Of a stretch of DNA of 64,000 nucleotides, positions 15,301-27,499 are shown in pieces (the first letter of the stretch is position 1; the number at the start of each line of letters is the position of its first letter). Location: NCBI RefSeq assembly GCF_964355755.1, contig NC_092677.1:17382101-17446100 (forward strand), in the 5' to 3' direction. The notes beneath the pieces are model-generated. The model did no database searches. It was not told the origin of the DNA and saw only the letters and a program-made list of their open reading frames with translations. This stretch comes from Antedon mediterranea (taxonomy: Eukaryota; Animalia; Echinodermata). Both the position numbers and the translations under genes were made by a program.

Positions 15301-18300
15301 CGCCTTTAGACAGAGGGAATGGCAAGAACACAGTAAGTTCCACGGTTAAGTTCCACGGTTCCTGCATAACTTAATTATACAATTGTCAAGGGCATCAATT
15401 ACAATATTTCCTTCAAATCATTATGATAGGTATTATAGTTTAATATTTATGCAAGGCTGTGTAATCTGTCAACTATTGGATAGGAAGCAGAAGATGTTAA
15501 TGCTTAGATGGATCGGATCAAAATAAAATATATCTGAATGTTAATAATGTGCTCAAGCAAAAAATAATTTCTCTGCAAAGAATGCAGTCATCTGTAGTGC
15601 AATTTATATATTATTACTTTTAAAAATTAAATAAACAACTCGGGGACAAGTGGAACTTCCCATTGGATCTAATAATTGTGGGGGTTTTTCAGAAAGTCAA
15701 GTTGCCAGATGCATTTTAACTAAAGGACAACTTGACTGAGGACCATATTTTAACAACATATAGGGATGTACATATGATTTCAAAACCATCGCGAAATTAA
15801 GGATATCGCCGCACACGCTCGCTGTACAGCCGTCGCTGTAAATTGCTGTGACGTCACAGGCGCATCGCAAAATTTACGTAATGAGTGCAGCGATATCCTT
15901 AATCTCGCGATTGTTCTGAAATTATATGTAGGATTCCTAATACGTTGTAAAAATATGGTCCTCGGTCAAGTTGTCCTTTAAGAGTATCCAATAATCTAGA
16001 GCCTATAATAAGAAAGTTGAATGTAATTGCTACAGTACAGATTGTTAGTGCGAGGAATTTGTTTGTGGAAAACATTTTATGAATATTTGAGGATTTCGAC
16101 TTACTGATTTCTTACAAGAATAATGAAAAGCGAAAACATGTACTACAAATGGAGAGAGGCATTATATACCAATAGATAAAAGTTTTGGTCCTCTCTCCTT
16201 CATCTTTTTTTTTGTGTAATGTATTATATGGACAATTGTCTGAAAAAAAAGTTGAATTGAAAATTACATGGAAACACATGCAATAATACATACTTTAAAT
16301 TAAAATTTCTTTTTACATCTTTCTTTTCAAATGTTTACCATATTCTTGATGTTTACTTTTTTTTTATTTTACAAATAGAAGTTTTAACAAATGGAAAAGA
16401 TATAGTTTAAATAATAAAAATCATTCATTCGTAGAATCTGTATTTCAATTTACTACTTGAATGAACTTTTGCTTTTTTATAATTGCCTTCAGCGCTTTAA
16501 GATTACTGTTAGTAAAAACAGTTTAAATCATTTAATAACCTTTTAAAGTTAAAAAAAAATTCCAATCCCTGACGTGAAACTAAAAAAGAAAATGTTAATT
16601 TGACCTTATAGTTTCTCATTCTCAAGTACATAAAAAATATGGGTATGGCTACTTCACTATCAATACTTTATCATAAAATGTTTACATTTTTAAACGGTTG
16701 AAATTAATCAGGCCTTGATACAAGATTGTTGGCATTTAAGGAATTACTTATCAAGAGATTATAGTATTTAAAGCTGATGTTATGAATCATCCCTCTCTCA
16801 GTCTCATCATGTGATCCTGTTTCTTGTGTGAGCAGTGATAACTGATGTATGCAATGGGAGGCCCGTGTTCATCCAGGTTAAGATATCAACGTCCTGCGAC
16901 CCATTTCTGTTTAAATTCTGCTGAAATTTATGACTAATAATCTATATTCATCTAATAAAGTTATAAATGAAAACATCCTGACCTATTTCAGGTTCTTATA
17001 ATGTGTGATTATTAATTTAATAGTCATGAATATCAATTAATGTTGAATGGCAGAGGTGGCAAAAGCATAGCCATTAAACATCTGCAAATTTGCAGCAAGC
17101 AAGCTTCATAAGAACATGTACTAGAGCGAGTCAAAAACAAAAGGTCCATCAGAAGTGCATGCATATGTAGTAAAGTGACGGACACCATACTAAAGGCAAC
17201 TGGACAGGTTTGACTGGATGTACAGAGCTGTTTATTCCTCAATAAAACATAAATAATCATCAAGTCCATCTTACGGTATGGATGTATACAATCTACAGTA
17301 AGAAATGAAACACAGAAGACTTAAATTTCTCTTTAGAAATAGACAATATCTAACACCAAAATCTCTAAAATTGCTTGCCTCCTCACTTATTCAGTGTTAT
17401 TATGACTGTTTACTGTATATGGTTCAAAATCTTAAAAACAAATTCCAAACATCCCAAAATAAGGATCAGATGTGTTTTAGGACTGGATCCTCGACCTCAT
17501 GCCAGTAAACATGCCAGTCATCATCAAACATTTTAGAAATTAATTATGCCACCACTAGAAATGGTGTTTGTCCTAAAATTAAATTCTTTTTAGATAAAAC
17601 CTATTATAAAGCTTGATCAAATACGTGGTAATGGTATGTACTGTACATGAAAAACCCAGTTCATTTTTCAAGACAATAAGGGGGCTGACCCCAGCGTACT
17701 CGTCCATATAACGTCGTGGCTGTATGGACATGACCCTTTTAGAAATGGAAAATTACATGACTCATTTAGCAAGGGGACATGACATGACACTTTTAGGAAG
17801 AGGACATGACATGACCCTTTTGAGAAGTGATCATGACCCATTTAGCTAGGGGACATGACCCTTTTAGGAAGGGGAAATAACATGACCCTCTTAATAAAGG
17901 GACATGACATGATGCTTTCAGGAAGGGAACATGACATGACCCTTTTAGAAAGGGGACATGACATGACCCTCTTAATAAAGGGACATGACATGACCCTTTT
18001 AGGAAGAGAAAAAAAGCAGTTATGATAGATAATGTTCTACAAACTTTAGGATTTCCTGGCAACCGCTTATAAAAGGCACTTTCTAATCATAAAGTAATCA
18101 TTCTACAATATTCCATTCTCTAACGATGCAAACATTCTGTTGATGTTTTTGAAAATGTCTGCACTCTATTTTAAGTGAATGTAATTATGTAAAGTGAACA
18201 TGCATCTATTAGTAAACGCATCAGATGCATACTGTTGCATTTTATGAGTTGGAATTTGGAATGTTATACATCAAAATGAAATTCCAATATTGACAAAGCT

Positions 18301-21300
18301 CAACAACAACTAATACATTAACTTTGCATTATCTTGTATGTAAAAGCATAAATTCTAAATGTCATTCTCTGTGTTTTTGTGGCTGCGATATTTCTTGGTT
18401 GTTTTAGCTCATTGTTAATCCTTGCGGGATGGTGTTGTGTGAGCCTAGCTTTCATCTTGGTTTGAATATCAAGTGGCTGGGGATTACAATGAACAGCTGA
18501 TGTTGATCGTAATAAACGACTACATTTACAAAGGTTTGTCACTAACCTACATTAAGTTTCATTATTCAAAGGAAGTTACACATTCTGAATTCATTCTACA
18601 AAAGTACAGTAGTAAATACCAAAAGATCAAATAATTATTTTTTAGGATGAGAGTGTTAATGTTATTATGATAATTTTACAGTATTCTATATAATTGTCAA
18701 AACGTTTCTCAAGATGTTTAAATTTAAAGAAATTATAGCATCCTCCTAATTCTCCTGATATTTACTGTCATTTTCCCAAGTATCAGCATTATAAACATAC
18801 AGTACTGTTCTTTAGGATTTAATGTGCAATCAGATGTTCTAAAAATAAACACAACATTTTATGATGAAACTGTCGGGAGAAATTATACAAAGCTATAGAA
18901 GATGATTAGATTCTCAACCATGCATACAATTGAACGAAACATAATAAATATGAAGCCTACAATATTCAAACTGTGTGTATATAGATAGGTATTCTATTCT
19001 TAAGCCTTGTCTACACTATCAAACTTTATGTGTCAAAAAAGTTTGATGTGCCTATATATGGTAGTGCTATGCTTAAATATGGTAGTGATATGACATCATC
19101 ATGTCCATATATGGGCACATCACATTTTTTTGACACATAAAGTTTGATAGTGTAGACAACGCCTTACTTGGAATTAAGGACATTGTTATCATGAGATTCA
19201 GCCTGCCGTATTTATACAATAAACTATATTACTGTACTAAAGAGTAAGTAAGACTAGAGTAAGTTTATATTCAATGACATTTAGGACATTGTCAATGTCA
19301 TGATGTTAACATAATATTATGATGAAAGATTGAATTGACAACATAATTGGTTTTCATTGCATCTGGGTCGATCTCCCTACTAAACCGCAACCGTAAATTA
19401 TATCTTGAAATTTATTTTTAATAACATTTTCATGATATCTGTGTCATTTATTAAATTAGAGTACTATTGCCGGTACCAAATCGATTCCACAACATCTCCC
19501 CATAAAGCACACAAATGAATATCATAGTTTTCATTATAATTAATCGGCTAAGAAATCTGACTGATGTACAGTAATGTCAGTTACTGTACATGATTACCAG
19601 TTTCCTCAGTTTTTAATGTCTTACAAAGTGAGGGCAGTATTTTGTCAAGTACTGTTACAATTTTAACATAATACATAAACAGATAGATAATCTAACATTT
19701 CTGTATTTGTCATATTAATTAATTCTTTAATTTCATTATTTTTATTTCCTTTGATTTCATTATGTATCCATGCCATTTGATTGGTTACTTTAGTATAATT
19801 CTATTCAATTGTAAAAGTGATTTTAATGGTTTCTATTCAATGATAGTGTTATTTAATGGTTCTATTCAATGGTAAAAGTGATATTTAATGGTTCTATTCT
19901 ACAAAGTTATATTTGATCCTAATCAATTGTAATAGTGGTATTTAATGATTCTATTCAATGGTAAAAAGTGGTATTTAATGGATCCATTCAATTGTAATAG
20001 TGGTATTTAATGATTCTATTCAATGGTAAAAAGTGGTATTTAATGGATCCATTCAATTGTAATAGTGGTATTTAATGATTCTATTCTGTTTGAACATAAC
20101 TGATCTACTCTCCACGGCCAAAGCTGGAGCGTTGTCTTTAAATGGTGTAACCTTGAGTATAGCCTTTGACATCGATTCAAGATAGAAATATACCTATTGT
20201 TTTTTTTCCTAAAGTCCTTTGAATTCTTTTTATTCAATTCAGTTTCTTTGAAAACAGATTTAATTAATTATTTACAATAATCAAACCTTTTAATGATGTG
20301 TGGACGGTCTTAGAATCTAACGATCGATTTTTGTTTACAAAGTGCTAAATGTCAACGAACTGCATTAGGTGTTCATTTATTGGCTCAACTGTTCATTCTC
20401 ATTAAATCATGATAAGTGTGCTCTTCGAGTTGCCTATGTGACAGGTATAACAGTCAGCACCTTTAGGGGACGTGAGATGACCGATTGATATTCAATAATG
20501 TTATCATCTACTTTGAGATCAATAGTTGAATGGTTAGCTATTAGGTTTTGAAGTTTTTGCTGTTGTCAGTTTGTCATGGCTGGATTAAAGATGTTCCACC
20601 ATTCGAATGCATAATACTTGAACTTGGAATTTTAATAATGTATTCAAATGTAAAGTTAAAATTTTCAATTAAAAAAGATTGAACAAAAACAATTTTTCGT
20701 TAATTAAAACCCAAATTAGACACTGCAAACTGTCCTACTTTGTAGCTATAATTATCTAATCCTCATGATATTCCTTTATAACTATCCAATGTATTACCTG
20801 TTTCAACTTGAACTCATATCATGACCATACTAAATGGGGCCAACATCTGACTACTCTGTGTAAATAATAATGACACCATTATATAAACCAACCACAATTT
20901 TTCACTAAATGAGAAACCGGTTTTGGTTTGAGTTGAAATTAGGCTGCATTAACACATCACTAAAAACTGGTTTCCATTCAATAAACCTATTCTTTTGAAT
21001 TTTTTCTATAGAAACAGGCCCTGAGACTCTGAGTAAAATGAACAAAAACTTGATGAATTATAATAAACTATATTAAATCGTTGTCAGTTGTCGTATTGGA
21101 TTGAACTATATGTGGCAATAGACAAAGTGAATCTAACAGGCAACAATCTGTAAATGAATGCATTGAATCTGCTAACTGAATACATTCAATTAACAGAACC
21201 TGACACATATAATAATATCAATGATAAAGAAAAAGCCTCCTTCAGTCAACAGACATCTCATCTTTCAAGTATTGACATTCATACTGCACTATCACTGCCT

Positions 21301-23272
21301 ACTTAAGTAATGCATTGTAACAGTCAATTCATTGTCATTCGTTACGGACAATTATGGATTATTGCTATCTTGTGTTATGTACACATTAAATTAAGCTGTG
21401 TTCGTACACACTAGATTAAGCTGTTTTCACAAAATCTAGATTTAGTTGCGTTCACACTCTAGATTTAGCTGTGTTCACACACTCTAGATTACACACATTA
21501 GAGTTACCTCAGTTCTATTCATGCTTAAGCTGATCCAAATCAATCCTGACATTGAAATGCTTGTGTGATTCATTAACTGTCTTATGCCTTCATGTTATTA
21601 TTCTTGTCACTACAATAGGTTTTATGTACATCTCATATAACTTTAACTTTGACAGGTTTCAGACAAGCGCTTCACATTGGGGTATATCGGATCTTCTGTA
21701 AAACAGTGTAATATTTGCATTTGAACAAGCTATACCGTAACGTTACTTTGATGGAAGCTCATTTTTAAATGAGTTAAAACTCTGATAGAGAAAATATGTC
21801 AACAAAGCAGTAGTGTAGTGTAGTGGCTGGCATAGGCCAATGGTAAATAGTAAATAGAACCTCTCCTTTGGGACATTCCTATTTAAAAGACAACCCTAGA
21901 GTACACTATATACTGTATAGTGTATCTTATACCTTTAGTAATACTTTCAGATACACAAGTTAATATATTATATAATGCTTCATTCTATTGTATATTAAAT
22001 ATACAATAAACTATTACAATTATTAAATTGATCTGGCAGGTTGTTGTATTCCGGCAATCAAAAGGGTATGACAAGTAATAAAGGTGTGGAGTTAACGTTT
22101 GGAACAAGAACAGGAACACCACAAGGAATAGAAGCCCACCTGTTTAAGGTCGATTCCAGGCGTGATTTGGCTATGTGGACCAGACAGTTTGTGCAAGGGG
22201 CGCATCATGCAGCTGTTTCTAAAAAAGAGATTAGCTGTTGTAAGTGAAAGAGTTACCCATCATACCTAGAAACTAAATAGATCCAAATATATATAAAATC
22301 GGAAAAGCCTTTAACACCACCTAAGATTTACCTACATGCCCAACATGAAAGTCAGCCTATGTTTTCGGGATGGCTATGGATAAACCTACCTGGATAAACC
22401 AACAATGGCCTTTCTCTACGGAAAGAAATATAACTATAACTATACCCCTATTTATAAATGGTATACTCTTATTAAAGATAAATTAGAGCAATAACAAATT
22501 GTTCCTATTTTGGTATATCGGCAGTTATACTGTAGTAATTATTTCTATTTCATCTTTTATGGGTAGCTGTGAAATGGCAAGGAAGAGAGGCTAAGCTTGT
22601 GATACACTACGAAAACGGTTTTACCTTGACAACTAGCCAGAATGGTAACAAGCCAGAGGTCATGTGGTATTACCCATTTGATAAGTTACGGTTTTCATCA
22701 GATGATGGCAAGAAATTTCTTCTACTAGACTTTGGAGCAAATGAAGGGGAATATGTAAGTTCACCATCAATAAAGGAAATAATCATGACATGTTTGGTTA
22801 GAGCCAATCAATACATCTTTTATTTAAATGCTGCATCTATATTTTGAAGATCAAAGTGCTTGTGGATTAGTTTTTAATCCATTCTATAGTATGCTGCTTC
22901 CCCAAGGGTCTTGTGTTATACAGGCACCGATTTCCTATCCACAACAAAGTTAATATAAATATATCTACACATACAAACAGAACAATGAAGTCAGTCGCAA
23001 ACCCATGCCGTCATGACACTCAGCTATTGACATGTTCCAGGCTGTTTACAAATTTCTTAAACACGCACATCCTAAATCTGTAGTACGCACTACATCAAAC
23101 GGCACTCATTTAATGTGCTGCTGCTGTATTGTTAGTGCTCTTTGTACATTTATTTTATGTCTTGTGTGTTTTCTTTTAGGAACTTGATGTTCAAGAATGT
23201 CCAAAACCAACAGTATTCATCTTACATACGTTTCTCAGTGCAAAGGTCACAAGAATGGGTCTTTTTGCATGA
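6303..23272 (+). CDS. SNTB1: Syntrophin (alpha/beta type), 3' five exons; 5' exons lie upstream of the window
   Basis: AG/GT-bounded, phase-consistent exons 6303-6709 ([11 protein letters not shown]...HHMGWLSEQ), 14735-14880 ([17 protein letters not shown]...PLISTR), 22040-22239 ([18 protein letters not shown]), 22567-22754 (LVIHYENGF...[13 protein letters not shown]), 23180-23272 ([30 protein letters not shown]). These match the split PH1 C-half, PH2 and syntrophin-unique domain. Likely the single pro-orthologue of SNTA1/SNTB1/SNTB2, so the symbol is approximate. Confidence 0.95.
7339..8075. repeat. 94-bp tandem minisatellite, about 7 near-perfect copies plus one degenerate
   Basis: Unit cttgacatcagtggatacagtagcttgacatcaattgtgtg...cccttaag starts at 7339, 7433, 7527, 7621, 7715, 7809, 7903, 7997; no spacers. 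Confidence 0.97.
8778..9887 (+). mobile_element. Non-autonomous DNA transposon, Kolobok-like (copy 1)
   Basis: TIRs AATGGACCTGAAATGGAWTTTCGATTTT / reverse complement; TTAA on both sides (8774-8777, 9888-9891). RR..YY termini with a TTAA target fit Kolobok. Confidence 0.85.
9914..10230 (+). mobile_element. tRNA-derived SINE with Deu/Nin-like central domain
   Basis: A-box TGGCCGAGCGG at 9922; B-box apparently deleted; central gtcttctcggataaggactataaaccg...tttcgagacgagtaggggg-ttaccccggtgt resembles the DeuSINE conserved domain. Degraded relatives near 17650-17720 and 61795-61880. Confidence 0.65.
10834..11103. mobile_element. MITE (PIF/Harbinger-like)
   Basis: TIR AAGCATGGTTC(C/G)CACTAG at both ends; related copies near 4911-5021 and 51314-51450. 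Confidence 0.75.
12724..13405. repeat. 48-bp tandem minisatellite, about 14 copies
   Basis: Unit aataacaatgctgtgggtatcagtggctggatctcaatggagatacaa with a few variant sites; it generates the spurious repetitive ORFs. Confidence 0.97.
13576..14704 (-). mobile_element. Non-autonomous DNA transposon, Kolobok-like (copy 2, inverted relative to copy 1)
   Basis: Near-identical reverse complement of 8778-9887; same TIRs; flanks TTGA (13572-13575) and TTAA (14705-14708). Confidence 0.85.
15724..15977. mobile_element. Palindromic MITE with ~95-bp imperfect TIRs (Kolobok-like)
   Basis: AGGACAACTTGAC...GTCAAGTTGTCCT with long imperfect arms; flanks CTAA and TTAA. Confidence 0.75.
17270..17600 (+). mobile_element. 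Decayed LINE (CR1/L2 group) ORF2 C-terminal fragment
   Basis: Translates as [30 protein letters not shown]...[11 protein letters not shown], typical of the post-RT region, with frameshifts. Confidence 0.7.
17725..18005. repeat. Degenerate ~30-bp tandem repeat
   Basis: Recurrent ggacatgacatgacccttttaggaagg motif. Confidence 0.85.
19001..19166. mobile_element. Palindromic MITE family (Harbinger-like)
   Basis: tgtctacactatcaaactttatgtgtcaaaaaa...tttttgacacataaagtttgatagtgtagaca; partial relatives near 3912, 25616-25732, 30948-31025 and 36440-36500. Confidence 0.8.
19800..20085. repeat. Degenerate ~30-bp tandem repeat
   Basis: Recurrent ctattcaatggtaaaagtggtatttaatg unit. Confidence 0.85.
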
Positions 23273-26200
23273 CATGTATTCAAAGGATTGGACCATATCA
23301 AAATAATTCTACTGCAGCTACTTCAGTAATCATTCCTGCTGCAGTAAAAGTCCCTCGGTTGCTGCAATTTTTTAATCAGGTTTTTTTTTACTGTATTCAG
23401 TTTTGCTTTGTGGGCTCTAAATGTTACCGAGTTTCGCTACAGACAATAAACAGATACAACCATATAGCTAGCACTATTAGCATTTTGTTGTGTCTATAAC
23501 GACACTGATTGGCACAAAACATTCTGTTACATTTCTTGTTAAATGCAGAACAAGAGGTAGATAAGAGAATGTGTAGGTTGACAATGAATACTGTACACCA
23601 TTCCTCTCTTTGAAGAAATGCATTGTCGATTCACAATGTGCCACCAAGGAAGGAATATTTTTCCTACATGAGGATATAAATTGCGTTGGCTGAATTCTTG
23701 TTAGATTAACAGTGATTATAGGAAACCATGCAGAGCTGTACAGTTGTTAAGAAAGAAATAATATGTTTGGCAGCTGTGAAGAAAATTTGTCACTGTCTTT
23801 CATCCAAAAGATCCAAAAACAGAAGAATGTTAAAATGACATTACATACACTTCATATACAGTAAAATACTGTACTACTAAAATTAAGATATGGTATCTAC
23901 CTAACAGCAGTAGATTTGATGAAATTCTGTTATGATTTTGATTTGATAAATAGAGATCTGTATATAAATAAACTAAACTAGTAATGCATAAATGTATATT
24001 AAATTTGTAAATATGTATATAAACATACATAGAAATATACATGTATTTGTGAATATTAATTCAAATCTGTATGCTATCTTCTGTGACTTTCTTTTTATAT
24101 AGAACTGTTTCAATTTACAACATATTTACTTTTAAGTTTTATTGTTTTACTTAGATAACAACACACATAACCAACTTGTTACAGAGAAGTAGATTTCTAG
24201 ATATTAAATTATATTATGAGTCAAAGTCTTTTTTGCATGCTGAGAAATAATGAAGAGACTTTTCACCTCAAAAGCTACATAAACACATTATTACATGAAT
24301 CCCTTCAATCAACAATTGTAAAATTTTATTCGTCAGATCAACAGGCAACCATTGATTTAACAACAAAAAATTATGACATTCTAGCCAGATTTTCCACATA
24401 TATTACAGCTTAAGTATAATTTATATTAGGCATAATAGTGTATTACATATTATATTATTATACTGTCTAATTGTTTAATAGTATATTTTCAACTTTAGCC
24501 ACAGAATAGTTTATCAGGATGTGGTTATAGCTTACCATACATACTTTTCTAACATCAATATTTGTAATAACTACAGTATTATGGTTTAATTTTGTAAATA
24601 TGAAATGCAATTTAATATTTTGACATTTTAAAATTGTAAAACAATAATGAATGCAATTTAAATGAATATGTTATGTTTACGTTTACTGTATTTGTTTATA
24701 AAATTAGATTAGGTATTATTATTATTATTACAGTATTATTATTATTATTATTATTATTTAGATTAGATATTAAATTTCAGTAATTTTAAATTAAAAAAGA
24801 CCAAATAATTACCCAAAATGAATAAGAACCACAGTCAAAATTATTTCTATAAGTTTAACTAGCTTAAAACTGCACAAAAAAGTAACATTATGAGAAAAAA
24901 AAACTATTGTAATGTTTATTACAAAGGTAATTCAAAATACAGTAATAATAGGACCTTCATTTTACGTACCTAAAACATGGGATTTGTAAAATCCAGGTTG
25001 ACTTAAATTGACCCCCAAATACTATAGCTAATGTATTCTAGGGAACGTAAAATCAGAGTACATAAAACCATTTTATAGTGAACTATGATATCACTGCTAA
25101 AACAAAGGATCTACTGTAAAGTATAATTCAGGAATGTATTAGTTATAGTAATTGCTTACCATTTTAAAGTTTATTTGGCTCTTCCATAGGTATGAAAATG
25201 TAAACAAAATAATTTAAAAATATTTCTCAGATACATGACAATGAAAATCATTTAAACTTTTAAAAATATTTGCCAATTTTATACGAAATGACCAAGGTAG
25301 TTTATTTTTATATTTAGCTATTGTTTATCATTCTAGAAATAGATTATTATTATTTCAAACATTAAAGGGTCCAATAAGAACCAACATCTTTATTATCACT
25401 ATGTAATCTTGTTATATTCTCAGTTTTTTTTAAATTATTTACATAATTCAATACAAATTGTGAATATTCATTGTAATTTTTTATGTAGAAATATACAATT
25501 AACAGTGTAAACATTACTAGTTTTGCAAACAACGATATTTAGCCAAACTCTGACATAATTTGTACCAAATTCTCATTAGTATGCATATAGTACTTAGCAC
25601 TATACTTTTTTGGTAAAGCTCTGTCTACACTATCAAATGTTATGTGACAACAAATGTGATGTGCCCATATATAGACACAATGATGTCATATCACTGTCAT
25701 ATTTGGGCACAGATTGATAGTGTAGAGCTTTAGACTTTCCAACCAGGTAAGTTTACTATGTGAACAAGAGCCAATTAACTTTCCTGACAGCAACTTCACT
25801 AGCCTGATACATCATTACATACATAGTCTGCCCATTGTGATTTACAAACTTGTGATGGTTACCTATAGACAAAAATTAATTTTGCTGATAACTAATAATA
25901 GTAATTTATAAAGATTTTGTTAAGCGTACATATCCTAAGGAAACCTAAAAAAACAACCAAATTCAGAAACAAAATCAAAACCATTACACCAAGTTGAACA
26001 GTGAACCCAAATAAGCAGCAAATACTGCACGGACATGATGACAATTTTCTACTTAATAAAAATGGTTACTGCCTTAAAATAATCAACACAAAAACAAGAC
26101 AAAACATCTTATCAGTTATAGATAATTTTGTGAATGCTCATATAATATATCAAACGTTAGATTAGTTGATTAATTATGCAATTAATAAAGTAACACTTTA

Positions 26201-27014
26201 TACCCAACTGTATTGAATTCATAATTTATAATATTGAATTGAGAAAAATTGAATATTAATTCAAGATGTAGCCTCAAGCTGTTCCTTAATTTGATTCAGT
26301 AGAAGCCTCCATTGGTATACTTGTATTCAGAGGACGCCTTTATTAAGGGGACACAAGGGGATATAATATTGCGGAAAACCCCTTTAAGGAGTCCCCACAT
26401 TTTAAAACTCTATGCAAGTTGACCCATTAAGAAAAAAATATCTTTCCTGGTTAAAATCATTTTAACGTGCAGGGCCCTGAATTAGACACATGTATGTCCG
26501 TGTACTAATACGACCAGTGTCTCCTGAAAATGGGTTGATTGTTGATTGAAACCTATTTTGCCCTCATTCTTTGACCAGGAAAGTGTACCCTGAATAGGGG
26601 TGTCCCAAAGGAGCTGCTCTATTTCTACTGTGTACTTTTGTTAAAATATCAACAAAGGCAGGATCATATTTGATGCAATGATAGTCATTTATGTTATTGT
26701 CTACAATAAAATGGCATGGAATGTTGGAATAATTTGATATCGGCTCTTGTTAGTTTTATATTTTTTGTTTTCTCCTACTAAATCTATAAGATCTAAATTT
26801 CTTCATTGTTTTCCTCATCCGTTACCACTAGTAAACGATCTCTCCACTTCTTGTTCTTCATTGTTTTCCTCCAATCCTTACAAAAGATCCCACTAATAGT
26901 TACTCATCCTTTACTACCACACTGGTAAACTATCTCTCCACTTCCTTGTTGGGTGCATTGTTCCTCCAATCTTTAAAAAAGTTCCCTTTAACAGTCAATC
27001 ATCATTTAGCCTAC

Positions 27015-27405
27015 CTACCGACAGACTATTCACTGACCGGACATTTTGCCAACAGGAAATTTCGTCAAAAATAATTTTGCCGACAATTGACCGACAGAAC
27101 ATTTTGTCGACTGACAATTAGCTGACAAGGCACTTTTCTGCCATTTATACGGTTGGCCGACATACAATTGATTGGCAGATAATAGATTTACAGGCTACAT
27201 TTTTCCAACTTTTCCAATAATATCTATGGTCATAATCAATACTCGAAAACGTTTTACATGTTACAAACACCGGCAACCTATACATTATAAAGCCTTAACT
27301 TAACAATGTCATGGAATGTCCTGTCGACTAAATATGTCCTGTAGGCGAAATATCCTGTCGGGTAATTGTGCTGTTGGTGAAATGGCATTTGGCAAAATTT
27401 TATAA
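27015..27405. mobile_element. Foldback-type non-autonomous element with arrays of short subterminal repeats
   Basis: Left arm repeats ccgacag/ccgacaa; right arm repeats the inverse cctgtcg/ctgttgg; termini are degraded. Confidence 0.45.
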
Positions 27406-27499
27406 CCCTGGACGGTATACTTTCTACTATCTCCAATTTTTCCTATTTCTTCATTGTTTTCTTTGAATGTATTCATCATTCGCGGTACTATATACGTAC

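Noticed and set aside
23197-23499. 100-aa ORF
   Set aside because: Alternative frame over the last syntrophin exon and 3' UTR.
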